A DNA stretch of 46,081 nucleotides from Vescimonas sp. (GTDB taxonomy: Bacteria; Bacillota; Clostridia; Oscillospirales; Oscillospiraceae), in NCBI GenBank assembly GCA_045543255.1, contig JAZQMH010000109.1, forward strand, positions 1 to 46,081, in the 5' to 3' direction. This document shows, piece after piece, positions 8,538 to 17,019 of the stretch. The notes under the pieces are model-generated. The model worked only from the letters and a program-made list of their open reading frames with translations, was not told the DNA's origin and ran no database searches. Within the stretch, counting starts at the first letter, position 1. Each line of letters starts with the position of its first letter. The translations under genes were made by a program, and so were the position numbers.

Positions 8538-9470
8538 TTAGTCCTCCTTCCACAAATCTGTGGACAAATAGCGTCCGCCGTCGTCCGGCAGGAGCGCGAC
8601 AATGGTTTTTCCGTGATTTTCGGGGCGCTGTGCCAGCATATCGGCGGCGCGAAGAGCAGCACCGGAGGTGATGCCCGTCAGCACGCCCTCGGTGCGGGCA
8701 AGGAGACGTGCGGCGTTATAGGCCTCCGTCTCGGTGATGGGGATGATCTCATCCACCAAAGAGGCATCGTAGTTCTTGGGCACGAAGTTGGCGCCGATGC
8801 CCTGCAGACCGTGGGGGCCTGCCTTACCGCCGGAGAGAAGGGGGGAGGCAGCGGGCTCAACAGCCACGATGCGGACGTTGGGGTTCTTCTCCTTGAGATA
8901 GCGTGCCACGCCGCTGATGGTGCCGCCTGTGCCTACGCCTGCTACGAAGATATCCACCAAGCCGTCGCTGTCGCGCCAGATCTCGGGGCCCGTGGTCTTA
9001 TAGTGGGCAGCGGGGTTGGCGGGATTTTCAAACTGGCCTGCAATAAAGCTGTTGGGGATGGAGCGGTGCAGCTCCTCGGCCTTTTCGATGGCGGCGCTCA
9101 TGCCTCCCTCGGCGTCCGTCAGCACCAGTTCCGCGCCGTAGGCACGCAGCAGCGTCTTGCGCTCTTCGCTCATGCTTGCGGGCATGGTGAGAATCACGCG
9201 GTAGCCGCGGGAGACGGCCATGGCGGCGAGGCCGATGCCCGTATTGCCGGAGGTGGGCTCGATGATAGTGCCGCCTTGCTGCAGTGCGCCGCTCTCCTCC
9301 GCCTGCTGCAGCATTTCCAAAGCCACACGGTCTTTTGCGCTGCCTGCGATGTTACAACACTCCAGCTTGGCGAGAATGGTGGCGTTGAGCTTGCGGTATG
9401 CGCCATAGCGCTCCAACTGCAGCAGCGGTGTGTTGCCTACGAGGGCGTCGATGGAATGATAGATCTCCAT
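8538..9470 (-). CDS. cysK: Cysteine synthase A (O-acetylserine sulfhydrylase)
   Basis: VGNTPL, GSAKDR (PLP lysine), EPTSGNTGIG, GVGTGGT, GPHGLQGIG, RYLST motifs; RBS GAAAGGA. Confidence 0.95.
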   Translation of the reverse strand: MEIYHSIDALVGNTPLLQLERYGAYRKLNATILAKLECCNIAGSAKDRVALEMLQQAEESGALQQGGTIIEPTSGNTGIGLAAMAVSRGYRVILTMPASMSEERKTLLRAYGAELVLTDAEGGMSAAIEKAEELHRSIPNSFIAGQFENPANPAAHYKTTGPEIWRDSDGLVDIFVAGVGTGGTISGVARYLKEKNPNVRIVAVEPAASPLLSGGKAGPHGLQGIGANFVPKNYDASLVDEIIPITETEAYNAARLLARTEGVLTGITSGAALRAADMLAQRPENHGKTIVALLPDDGGRYLSTDLWKED

Positions 9471-9491
9471 AGGTGTGACTTCCTTTCAGAT

Positions 9492-9534
9492 AAAATAAAA
9501 AAGAGAGGGCGTGCAGATGCACACGTCCTCTCTT
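9492..9534 (-). terminator. Intrinsic (attenuator) terminator in cysK leader
   Basis: Minus strand AAGAGAGGACGTGTG-CATC-TGCACGCCCTCTCTT followed by TTTTATTTT, just upstream of the cysK RBS. Confidence 0.85.
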
Positions 9535-9563
9535 GAAAACAATAGGTGGTTTTCTTACCGCGT

Positions 9564-9665
9564 TTATGCGGTGTGAGAAGCCGTGTGACGGTCGAAACAA
9601 GCGCAACAAACCATGCCCATGCAGCACATGGACTGACACTTCATCATAGCGTTGCGCACCATCAT
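9564..9665 (-). CDS. Putative Met/Cys-rich attenuator leader peptide (33 aa)
   Basis: MMVRNAMMKCQSMCCMGMVCCACFDRHTASHTA*; RBS AAGGAG 9 nt upstream; 13 of the first 23 codons are Met or Cys; followed by antiterminator/terminator and cysK. Confidence 0.82.
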   Translation of the reverse strand: MMVRNAMMKCQSMCCMGMVCCACFDRHTASHTA

Positions 9666-9695
9666 CTTTGGCTTCTCCTTTCTTGTGATAGTACT

Positions 9696-9724
9696 ATTAT
9701 ACGGCAGGGCAGGGGAAAATGCTA
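9696..9724 (-). promoter_or_regulatory. Putative sigma-A promoter for leader-cysK-cysE-transporter
   Basis: Perfect -10 TATAAT (9701-9696); weak -35 TAGCAT 17 bp upstream. Confidence 0.6.
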
Positions 9725-9797
9725 TGGGGATGGTACACAAACTTCTCCTGCCTTTTCCTGTTCCTTTTAGCGGAAAAGGGACAAAATTCACCAAGAC

Positions 9798-10517
9798 TCA
9801 CCCCACCAGCACATCAATTGCCAGCATGAAGCAGAAGCCTAAAAGCAGCGCTGCCGTGCCACGGCGGTGGCTCTGCGCCTCGGGAATCATATCCTGACAG
9901 ATGACATAGAGCATAGTACCCCCTGCGAAGGAGAGGACGAAGGGCAGCGCGGCGGTGGAGAGGCTCACAGCCCCGAAGCCTAAAAACGTGCCGATGATCT
10001 CGGGGATGCCCGTCGCCATAGATAGGAGCAACGCTCGCTGCGGCGGCAACCCCGAGCGCAGGAGGGGTGCAATGAGCACCATGCCCTCGGGGACATTCTG
10101 GGCGGCGATTCCTGCGGCGATGGCGAGAGCTTGGGGGATGCTGCCGCTGCCAAAGCCCACTCCTGCGGCAATGCCCTCGGGAAAGTTATGAATGGCGATG
10201 GCGGCGAGGAAGAGAAGCGCACCCCGCATTTCGTGTGGTGTCATGAGCTTGGCGGTGCAGCGGGAGAGCAGCAGTAAAAACGCGCCGCCGCAGAGGATGC
10301 CCGAGAGTACCAGCGGCAAACGCCACGCCCCGCCGCCTTCTAATGCGGGGATGATAAGCCCTGCCACGGCGGCGCTGAGCATCATCCCTGCGGCGAAGGA
10401 GAGGAGCAGGCCCTCTCCCAATCGCCGCGCTGCGCCGCGGAAGAGATACCCTGCCGCCGCCCCTGCCATGGTAGAGCCGCCCACGGTGAGAGCCGTCAGC
10501 AGTACGATGAGAAACAT
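9798..10517 (-). CDS. ZIP family metal transporter (ZupT-like)
   Basis: SFAAGMMLSA, IHNFPEG, QNVPEG, FAGGTMLYV, MIPE motifs. Start 10517 chosen for RBS and promoter-like TTGCAC-17-CATAGT overlapping the longer start. Confidence 0.88.
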   Translation of the reverse strand: MFLIVLLTALTVGGSTMAGAAAGYLFRGAARRLGEGLLLSFAAGMMLSAAVAGLIIPALEGGGAWRLPLVLSGILCGGAFLLLLSRCTAKLMTPHEMRGALLFLAAIAIHNFPEGIAAGVGFGSGSIPQALAIAAGIAAQNVPEGMVLIAPLLRSGLPPQRALLLSMATGIPEIIGTFLGFGAVSLSTAALPFVLSFAGGTMLYVICQDMIPEAQSHRRGTAALLLGFCFMLAIDVLVG

Positions 10518-10577
10518 AATGAACGCCCCTTTGCTTTTCACTATGCTCATACTATGGCGGAGTAGGGGGAGAGGTGC

Positions 10578-10612
10578 AAAAAGTCGGACGAGCCACCGCT
10601 CGTCCGACTTTT
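10578..10612 (-). terminator. Intrinsic terminator after nitrilase
   Basis: AAAAGTCGGACGAGC-CACC-GCTCGTCCGACTTTT perfect stem with flanking A/T tracts. Confidence 0.85.
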
Positions 10613-10625
10613 ATGTTATATAAGA

Positions 10626-11555
10626 TTACTTTTCGTGAATGATGAGCTCCGTCACATCGGGGCGGGAGTAGTGGCCGCAGGGGTCAAACTCCATGCGGGC
10701 GCGGGCGGCCTCATCGGGGTCGATGTCGGCGTAAATGATGGTCTCGCAGTCCCACACAGGCTCGGTGACATAGTGACCGTAGGGGTCGATGATGGCGCTG
10801 CCGCCGTTGCAGGGTGCTTGGGGCAGGCGGGCGATTTCATCGGCGGCAGGGCCGTGGTAGTCAGTGGGGTACATGTCCTTTGTGAAGTACTGGTTCACAT
10901 GGAACACGAAGCACTTGCCCTCAATGGCGATGTGCTTGATGGTGTCGTGCCACTCGGGATTATTGTTGGTGTTGGGGCAGAGGTAGAGGGAAACGCCCTT
11001 TTGATACAGTGCCACGCGGGCGAGGGGCATATAGTTCTCCCAGCAGATCAGCGCACCCATAGTGCCCCAAGGGGAGTCCACCGTGGGGAAATAGTCGCGG
11101 TCGGCATCGCCCCACACAATGCGCTCGGCACCCGTGGGCTTTAATTTGCGGTGGTTGCACAAAAGTTTTCCGTCGGGCCCGAAAATCATGTTGGAGCAGT
11201 AGAGCGTGCCGTTATTTGCGCCCCGCTCAGTGTAGCCGATGGAGACATAAGCACCCGCCTCACGGGCGGCAGCGCCGATGCGGTCGGTGTCGGCGCTGGG
11301 GCAGAGGACGGCGTTATCATAGTAGATCTTCCAGTCGTCGCGGCAGCTCTCGGTGCGGCTGCCCACGGTGAAACCGTAGGTGAGACCGTAGGGATAGCAA
11401 GGGATGAGGGACTCGGGGAACACGATCAGTTCAGCACCGTTCTTGCCCGCCTCGCGGATCTGATCGCAGACCTTATCAATGGTGGCGTCCTTGTTGAACA
11501 TGACGGGGGTGGCCTGTACCAGTGCCACGCGGAGCTTGTGGGATAGATCTTTCAT
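10626..11555 (-). CDS. Nitrilase (carbon-nitrogen hydrolase, branch 1-like)
   Basis: Catalytic triad motifs VFPES, HRKLKPTGAER, LICWENYMPL; C-terminal DPCGHYSRPDV. Confidence 0.9.
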   Translation of the reverse strand: MKDLSHKLRVALVQATPVMFNKDATIDKVCDQIREAGKNGAELIVFPESLIPCYPYGLTYGFTVGSRTESCRDDWKIYYDNAVLCPSADTDRIGAAAREAGAYVSIGYTERGANNGTLYCSNMIFGPDGKLLCNHRKLKPTGAERIVWGDADRDYFPTVDSPWGTMGALICWENYMPLARVALYQKGVSLYLCPNTNNNPEWHDTIKHIAIEGKCFVFHVNQYFTKDMYPTDYHGPAADEIARLPQAPCNGGSAIIDPYGHYVTEPVWDCETIIYADIDPDEAARARMEFDPCGHYSRPDVTELIIHEK

Positions 11556-11556
11556 T

Positions 11557-12132
11557 TTACTGTGCCTCCTTGCTTTCCTTGGCGATTTTTTCCTCAGTGA
11601 TGCGGCGAATCTCGGCGCGCAGTGCTGTGAGATAGGGGGAGAAGGTGACGCGGTCGGCGGCGTAGGTGAGGTTCAGCTCATACTCCAGCGGCAGCCATGT
11701 GTCGAGAGCGGAGTCGTTGTGCTGAATCACCGCCTCGAGGCCGTCCAGTGCTTTGTAGAGCTTGGCCTCAATGGTCTCCCGTGCCGCCATCTCGGCGTAG
11801 AGTGCCGTCATTTCGCTGCGGTAGGGTTCGGGGAGGGCATTTACCCAGCGGCCTAAAAGGTCGTCCTCCTTACCCTCATCGGCAGAAGTTTTCATAAAGG
11901 TGGGGATATCGCCCGTGAAGCACTCGCCCAAGTCGTGGATGAGGCACATACGGATGACCTTGTCCATGTCTACTTCGGGGAACTCGTCCCGCAGGAAGTA
12001 GGCCATCAGCGCCATTTGGGTGGTGTGTTCACCCACGCTCTCGTGGCGGCCTTTGGCAGTGTAGCAGTGGCGTGTGGTGTCCTTCAGCCGCGCCGTGATG
12101 GCTAATGTTTCGAGAAATTTCTGTTGCTCCAT
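11557..12132 (-). CDS. HD domain phosphohydrolase (YfbR/HDDC2-like)
   Basis: ESVGEH, LIHDLGE, GDIPT, ALDGLE motifs; RBS AAGGAGG. Confidence 0.88.
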   Translation of the reverse strand: MEQQKFLETLAITARLKDTTRHCYTAKGRHESVGEHTTQMALMAYFLRDEFPEVDMDKVIRMCLIHDLGECFTGDIPTFMKTSADEGKEDDLLGRWVNALPEPYRSEMTALYAEMAARETIEAKLYKALDGLEAVIQHNDSALDTWLPLEYELNLTYAADRVTFSPYLTALRAEIRRITEEKIAKESKEAQ

Positions 12133-12163
12133 GCTGCGACCCTCCTTGTGTTTCTATGGTAGT

Positions 12164-12192
12164 AGCATAGCATGAGGAAAGACATAGTGCAA
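12164..12192 (-). promoter_or_regulatory. Putative promoter for HD-nitrilase unit
   Basis: TTGCAC-17 bp-TATGCT with TG extension on minus strand. Confidence 0.5.
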
Positions 12193-12220
12193 GCCCCGAA
12201 AGGAAGGTTTTCGGGGCTTG
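12190..12220 (-). terminator. Hairpin after TetR gene
   Basis: CAAGCCCCGAAA/TTTCGGGGCTTG 12-bp stem right after the stop codon; weak U-tract. Confidence 0.6.
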
Positions 12221-12222
12221 GC

Positions 12223-12840
12223 TTACAGGTCGTATTCCGTTGGCGATAACAAAAGATCGTTGCGTCCGAAGATGCACTCGCGGATAATGTGGGACACCTC
12301 TTCAATGCTTTTACGGCAGCCGTCCTTCAGCCACTCCAGCACAAGGGCGTTGATGCCGCTGAGATAGAACATCATCACATATTTCCGCTCCTCCGCAGGG
12401 TAGCCGAAGCGGTGGAGAATAGGGTCAAAAACGTGCTGAAACAGCCGCTGAAACACCGCGTCAAAGTGGAAGGAGTTGGCGTGCTTCAAGATGGTGGCAA
12501 ACACATGGCGATTGTCGCGGATATAGGAGAGGTAGGGGTGGAGATACTCCTCGGTAATGAAGTTCAGCTCCTTTTCCTCGCAGTCGGCGAAATGAGCGGT
12601 AATGGACACGGTGTCCACCATAAAATAGGAGCGGAAATCGTCCAATAGCCGCTGCCCCGTCTCTGCGAGAAGATCGGCGGTGTTTTCATAGTGGAGGTAG
12701 AAGGTGGAGCGGTTGACACCCGCTTTTTTGCAGATCTCGCTGATGGTGATATAGGCAAAGGGCTTTGTTTTCAGCAGGTCTAAAAGAGCATCGCTCATCT
12801 TCACCGAGGTGTTGAAATACTTGCTTTCTGCTTTTGTCAC
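12223..12840 (-). CDS. TetR/AcrR family transcriptional regulator
   Basis: ITISEICKKAGVNRSTFYLHY HTH; C-terminal GINALVLEWL typical of Firmicutes TetR; GTG start with AGGAGG RBS. Confidence 0.9.
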   Translation of the reverse strand: MTKAESKYFNTSVKMSDALLDLLKTKPFAYITISEICKKAGVNRSTFYLHYENTADLLAETGQRLLDDFRSYFMVDTVSITAHFADCEEKELNFITEEYLHPYLSYIRDNRHVFATILKHANSFHFDAVFQRLFQHVFDPILHRFGYPAEERKYVMMFYLSGINALVLEWLKDGCRKSIEEVSHIIRECIFGRNDLLLSPTEYDL

Positions 12841-12860
12841 CTTGCTCCTCCTCTCTTATG

Positions 12861-13214
12861 TTAGTTCTCTTCGCTGATCTGACGCGCCAGTTCCACGATC
12901 TCGTAGGCGTACTTTGCCTTGCCCTTCTCCAGCATACGCTTGTAGATGGGATAGTTGATGCCCCAGCCAATAAAGCCGATAAGGCCGATTATAATGCCCA
13001 CCACCATCATCACCACGCCGCCGCCGATGACTTGCATGGCGAGGCACATGCCGAGACCTGCCACCAAAGAGGAAATGATGCCGAAGGTGTAGGTGAAAAT
13101 GGTGGCGGGGAGCTTTGCCTTGGCATCCAGCTTCTTCAGAGCGACAATTTTGGAGTTATCCTTGGGAGCGTAGTCCTTGGCGATGGATTCTGCGTAGATT
13201 TTATCTGTGTTCAT
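12861..13214 (-). CDS. Small two-TM membrane protein of unknown function
   Basis: Two hydrophobic segments; RBS AAGGAGG before MNTDKIY; directly upstream of TetR. Confidence 0.75.
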   Translation of the reverse strand: MNTDKIYAESIAKDYAPKDNSKIVALKKLDAKAKLPATIFTYTFGIISSLVAGLGMCLAMQVIGGGVVMMVVGIIIGLIGFIGWGINYPIYKRMLEKGKAKYAYEIVELARQISEEN

Positions 13215-13275
13215 GTTGTGAACCTCCTTTTTCATGTTACATTGGCATCATAAAGGAAAAAGGGGTGCAGCGGAA

Positions 13276-13299
13276 CAACAGAGAATGGCGATTTTGTTG
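13276..13299. promoter_or_regulatory. Putative TetR operator
   Basis: Spaced palindrome CAACA-N14-TGTTG upstream of the membrane protein-TetR unit. Confidence 0.45.
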
Positions 13300-13351
13300 A
13301 TTTGAAAAAGATTTCTCTTTATAGTATACCGCAAAAAAGGAAAAAGGGAAT

Positions 13352-13383
13352 AAAAAGAACGCCATCGGAAGATGGCGTTCTTT
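13352..13383 (-). terminator. Intrinsic terminator ending the minus-strand sugar operon
   Basis: AAAGAACGCCATC-GGAA-GATGGCGTTCTTT, U-tract on minus strand, just after the NagB-like stop. Confidence 0.85.
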
Positions 13384-13401
13384 CATGCTGAAAGGGAGAC
13401 T

Positions 13402-14121
13402 TTAGGCGTAGACCGCCTCGGTCACGAGAAACTTTGCCTGAGGCATGGCTGCCACGAAAGAGGCGGGGACTTCGCTGCTGGGGCAGCCGATGGAGGCGAG
13501 GGCGTTGATGGCCTCCACTGCCGTAGCTTTGGTAGCGGTGTTGGCAATCAAAAACACGGCCTTGGCCTCGGTGGCATTGGCGATGCCCATGGTGACGCCC
13601 TTGGTGAGGGCGGGGGCAGCATCCTGAAAATACTTCTGGGCAACCGTAGCGGTGACGGGATCTACCTGCGCCACATGGGTGCGGAGAGAAGGATCAACGC
13701 CGGGCTCGTTCAGCGCCACATGGCCGTTGACCCCGATGCCGAACACCACGGCATCCAAGCCGCCGTGACGGGCGAGATAGTCCTCCGCCCGCACACATTC
13801 CGCCTCGGGATCGGCCATGCCGTCAAAGAGGAAGATGTCGCCGAAGTCCATCTCATCGAGGAAATGGCGGTGAAGGAAATCGGCCATAGCACCGTCTGCG
13901 TCCTGGGGCAGGCCGCACCACTCGTCCATGGCGAAGAAACTGGCCTTGGAAAAGGAGAGTTCGCCACGTTTCACACGCTCTTTCAGCGCGTCAAAGACGG
14001 GGAAAGAGGAGGTGCCTGCGGCGATGCAGAAGGTGGCATCGGGCTTTTCCTTCAAAATTTCAGCCAAACGATCCGCTACATAGGCGCCCAAAGCGGCATC
14101 GTGGGGAAAACGCTGCATCAT
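13402..14121 (-). CDS. Glucosamine-6-phosphate deaminase / 6-phosphogluconolactonase family (NagB/YieK-like)
   Basis: AAGTSS, FAMDEW, GIGVNGHVALNEPG, GVTMG motifs. Confidence 0.85.
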   Translation of the reverse strand: MMQRFPHDAALGAYVADRLAEILKEKPDATFCIAAGTSSFPVFDALKERVKRGELSFSKASFFAMDEWCGLPQDADGAMADFLHRHFLDEMDFGDIFLFDGMADPEAECVRAEDYLARHGGLDAVVFGIGVNGHVALNEPGVDPSLRTHVAQVDPVTATVAQKYFQDAAPALTKGVTMGIANATEAKAVFLIANTATKATAVEAINALASIGCPSSEVPASFVAAMPQAKFLVTEAVYA

Positions 14122-14123
14122 AC

Positions 14124-15203
14124 TTATCTCCAGTTATCCACAGGCTTTGCGGCGGTGGAAACATAGGGCAGGGCGACCTTGCGGCCCTCCTTGGCAGAGA
14201 CGTAAGCGGCATGGATGATCTCCATGACGGCTTTGCCGAACTCGCCGTCGGACACGGGCTTTTTGCCGTTGCGGACGCAGTCCACAAAGTGGGCCAGCTC
14301 CTGAGGATAGCCCTGATTGAAGGCCTCCTCGAAGATGGGGAAGGTCCAACCGGTAGTAGCGCCGGCCTTCTCACTGGCGTAGTCGTAGCCCTCGAGGCTG
14401 TACATCTGAGAGGAGTTGCCCTGGAACAGGTCGGAGTAGCAAACGCCCTTCTCACCGTAGATCTCGATGCAGTCCTGCATACCGCCGTGCTTGACCCAGC
14501 TGTCCTCGCCGATGCCCAGCACCGTCTTGCCCTTGTAGTCGAACTCCACCTGGGTGACGGAGTGATCCTCGGCGTCGGTATCGTGATAAACCTTCATGAA
14601 GTTGCCGTATACGGACTTGGGGGTAGCGCCCTTGAGCATCCACATGAACCATGCGATGGCGTGGCAGCCCATGTCCATCATCACGCCGCCGCCGGACTTG
14701 TCGGACTCGTAGAACCAGCGGCTGTGAGGGCCGGAGTGCTTCTCAGCCTGCTTGAGCATATAGAGGTCGCCCACAGCGCCGCTCTCCACGATGGCGCGGA
14801 CGCGCTCATACTTGGGGGCGAAGCACAGCTCCTCAGCGTACATCAGCAGCTTGCCGTTCTCCTTGCAGGCGGCGATCATCTCGTCGGCCTCCTGAATGGA
14901 CAAGCACAGGGGCTTCTCCACGATCACGTGCTTGCCGGCCTTGGCGGCTTTCACGCAGACACCGTGATGGAGGAAGTTGGGCAGGCAGATGTCCACGATG
15001 TCACACTCGCACTCGGCGAGGAGCTTGTCGACATCGTCATAATAAGCGGGAACGCCCATCTTCTCGGCATAGGCCTTCGCCTTGTCGAGATTGTGGGAGT
15101 AAACAGCCACGACCTCAGCGTCGGGGACGAAGCGCTGATAGGAGGTGACGTGGATCTCGGAGATAAAGCCGCAACCGAGAACGGCAACTTTCGTCTTGCT
15201 CAT
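14124..15203 (-). CDS. Gfo/Idh/MocA family oxidoreductase
   Basis: VAVLGCGFI, ICLPNFLH, HVIVEKP, GGGVMMDMGCH. Confidence 0.92.
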   Translation of the reverse strand: MSKTKVAVLGCGFISEIHVTSYQRFVPDAEVVAVYSHNLDKAKAYAEKMGVPAYYDDVDKLLAECECDIVDICLPNFLHHGVCVKAAKAGKHVIVEKPLCLSIQEADEMIAACKENGKLLMYAEELCFAPKYERVRAIVESGAVGDLYMLKQAEKHSGPHSRWFYESDKSGGGVMMDMGCHAIAWFMWMLKGATPKSVYGNFMKVYHDTDAEDHSVTQVEFDYKGKTVLGIGEDSWVKHGGMQDCIEIYGEKGVCYSDLFQGNSSQMYSLEGYDYASEKAGATTGWTFPIFEEAFNQGYPQELAHFVDCVRNGKKPVSDGEFGKAVMEIIHAAYVSAKEGRKVALPYVSTAAKPVDNWR

Positions 15204-15231
15204 AGGGGGTCCTCCTCGTTGTGTATTGTGG

Positions 15232-16146
15232 TTACATATACTGCTTCATGAAGCGGTAGCTCTGCTCGATACCGGCACGGACATCGTCGGCGCAGTTCTC
15301 AAAGGCCTTGTCCTCCACCTCGATAACGGCGTTGCCGTCATAGCGAATGTCGTTGAGGGCGGAGACGAAAGCACCGAAGTCCACGCCGCCCATGCCGGGC
15401 AGCTTGGGGGAGTGCCACAGGGAGGGATAGGAGAAGTAGCCGTAATCATCCAGCTTGTCCTGATAGATCTTGATGTCCTTGAAGTGGACGTGATAGATGC
15501 GATCCTTGAACTCATACAGGGGCTTGGTATAGCTGGCACCGATGAGATAGGGGTGGGAGGGATCGTAGGCAAGACCCAGTGCGGGGGAGGGGATACGGCG
15601 GAACATCTCGCGCCAGATGGCGGGGGTGCAGGCAAGGTTATTGCCGCCGGGCCACTCGTTGGCGGTGTAGAGCATGGGGCAGTTCTCGATGGCGATGCGG
15701 ACGCCCTTGGACTCGGCATAGGCCACGATGGGGCCCCACACCACTTCGAACTTGTCCAGATTCTCCTCCACGGTCTTGTTCTTGTCCTTGCCGATGAAGG
15801 TGGTGACCACGTTCACATCCATGAAAGCGGCGGCGTCAATGAGGCGATAGATGTGGGCGATAGCCACGTCGGCGGCCTCCTGATCGGCGTCCATGGCGTT
15901 GGGATAATAGCCAAGAGAGGCGATGGCCACGCCCTTATCCTCGGCGTACTTCTTGTAATACAGGAGCTTATCGTTGTCGCAGGTGTTCAGGTCGATATGG
16001 GTGACACCGGCGTAGCGGCGCACTGCCTTACCCACAGGCCAGCAGCAGATCTCTGCGCACTTAAAGCCCACCTTGGCACAGTAGTCGATGACCTGCTCAA
16101 AAGTGTCATCGGGGAGAATGGCAGAGTGAAGACCGAGTTTCATCAT
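15232..16146 (-). CDS. Sugar phosphate isomerase/epimerase (AP endonuclease 2 TIM barrel)
   Basis: IAIENCP, YDPSH, HVHFKD, LPGMGGVD, YDG..IEVE metal-binding pattern. Confidence 0.9.
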   Translation of the reverse strand: MMKLGLHSAILPDDTFEQVIDYCAKVGFKCAEICCWPVGKAVRRYAGVTHIDLNTCDNDKLLYYKKYAEDKGVAIASLGYYPNAMDADQEAADVAIAHIYRLIDAAAFMDVNVVTTFIGKDKNKTVEENLDKFEVVWGPIVAYAESKGVRIAIENCPMLYTANEWPGGNNLACTPAIWREMFRRIPSPALGLAYDPSHPYLIGASYTKPLYEFKDRIYHVHFKDIKIYQDKLDDYGYFSYPSLWHSPKLPGMGGVDFGAFVSALNDIRYDGNAVIEVEDKAFENCADDVRAGIEQSYRFMKQYM

Positions 16147-16165
16147 GGTGAAGTTCCTCCTATAA

Positions 16166-17014
16166 TTATAGTTTTTTCAGTGTATCCTGCAGGAAGCCGA
16201 CAGCCATGCGAATGTCGTCGGCGCCGTTTTTGACCTCGCGCTCAATGGTGAGATAGCCCTTGTAGCCAATGTCTTTGAGTGCGTTGAGATAGGGGATCCA
16301 GCGGACACCGCCCTCGCCCAGCGGGGTCTCAAGGCATACGCCGCTGGTGGCAGACCACTCAAGGCCGCCCTCGGCGAAGTTGTGGTAAAAATCGGCAGGA
16401 GCGATCTTCTTCAGAGAAAGACCGTCCTTGGCGTGGGTGTGGACGATGAGATCGCCGGCGGTTTTCACAGCGCTGACCTCGTCATCGGCACCTACCATCA
16501 CCAGATTGGCGGGATCGTAGTTGATGCCCACGCCGCCGCCGCACTGCTCCAAAAAGCCGCGGAGGGTGGCGATGGCCTCGGGGCCCGTCTCCACTGCCAC
16601 ATAAGAGCCCATCTTGCGGGCGTATTCTCCCGCCTCGCCCATGGCGTCCAGCATGATTTGGTAGCGGGGATCGTTTTTATCACTGGGGACGACGCCGATA
16701 TGAGTGGTGACGATGCGGCAGTCCACCATGTCGGCAAGGTCGATGACCTTTTTCAGATAGCTGAGCTTGTCCGCGTTGTCCTCGGCTTTTTCAAAACCGT
16801 AGCCCCCCAGCTCGCCGCACAGGGCGGTGATGGCCTGTCCGCAGCCCCGGGCGGTGTTGGGGACGGCGGCGATCATGTCGCGGGAAACGGTGCGGGGATC
16901 AAATTCATCAGCGGCGTAGACCTGTACGCCCTCGGCACCGCACAGCTGAGAGGTGCGGATGCCCTCGATGAGGCCGACGCCAAACCAGTCGGCTAAGGTA
17001 GCAATTTTAAACAT
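16166..17014 (-). CDS. Sugar phosphate isomerase/epimerase (AP endonuclease 2 TIM barrel)
   Basis: AVETGPE, NYDPANL, HTHAKD, LGEG, YLTIERE; start reassigned to MFKIATL. Confidence 0.9.
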   Translation of the reverse strand: MFKIATLADWFGVGLIEGIRTSQLCGAEGVQVYAADEFDPRTVSRDMIAAVPNTARGCGQAITALCGELGGYGFEKAEDNADKLSYLKKVIDLADMVDCRIVTTHIGVVPSDKNDPRYQIMLDAMGEAGEYARKMGSYVAVETGPEAIATLRGFLEQCGGGVGINYDPANLVMVGADDEVSAVKTAGDLIVHTHAKDGLSLKKIAPADFYHNFAEGGLEWSATSGVCLETPLGEGGVRWIPYLNALKDIGYKGYLTIEREVKNGADDIRMAVGFLQDTLKKL

Positions 17015-17019
17015 AGTCC

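Noticed and set aside
9544-9562. T-box-like string AGGTGGTTTTCTTACCGCG in the cysK leader
   Set aside because: It is on the strand opposite to cysK, has extra bases between GGTGG and ACCGCG, and no specifier stem is visible; it is explained by the attenuator hairpins.
9564-9794. 76-aa ORF, or the Cys-rich peptide as a metallothionein or RiPP precursor
   Set aside because: RBS and -10 box lie inside the longer ORF and point to the ATG at 9665; no modification enzyme or exporter is nearby, while terminator/antiterminator and cysK context fit a leader peptide.
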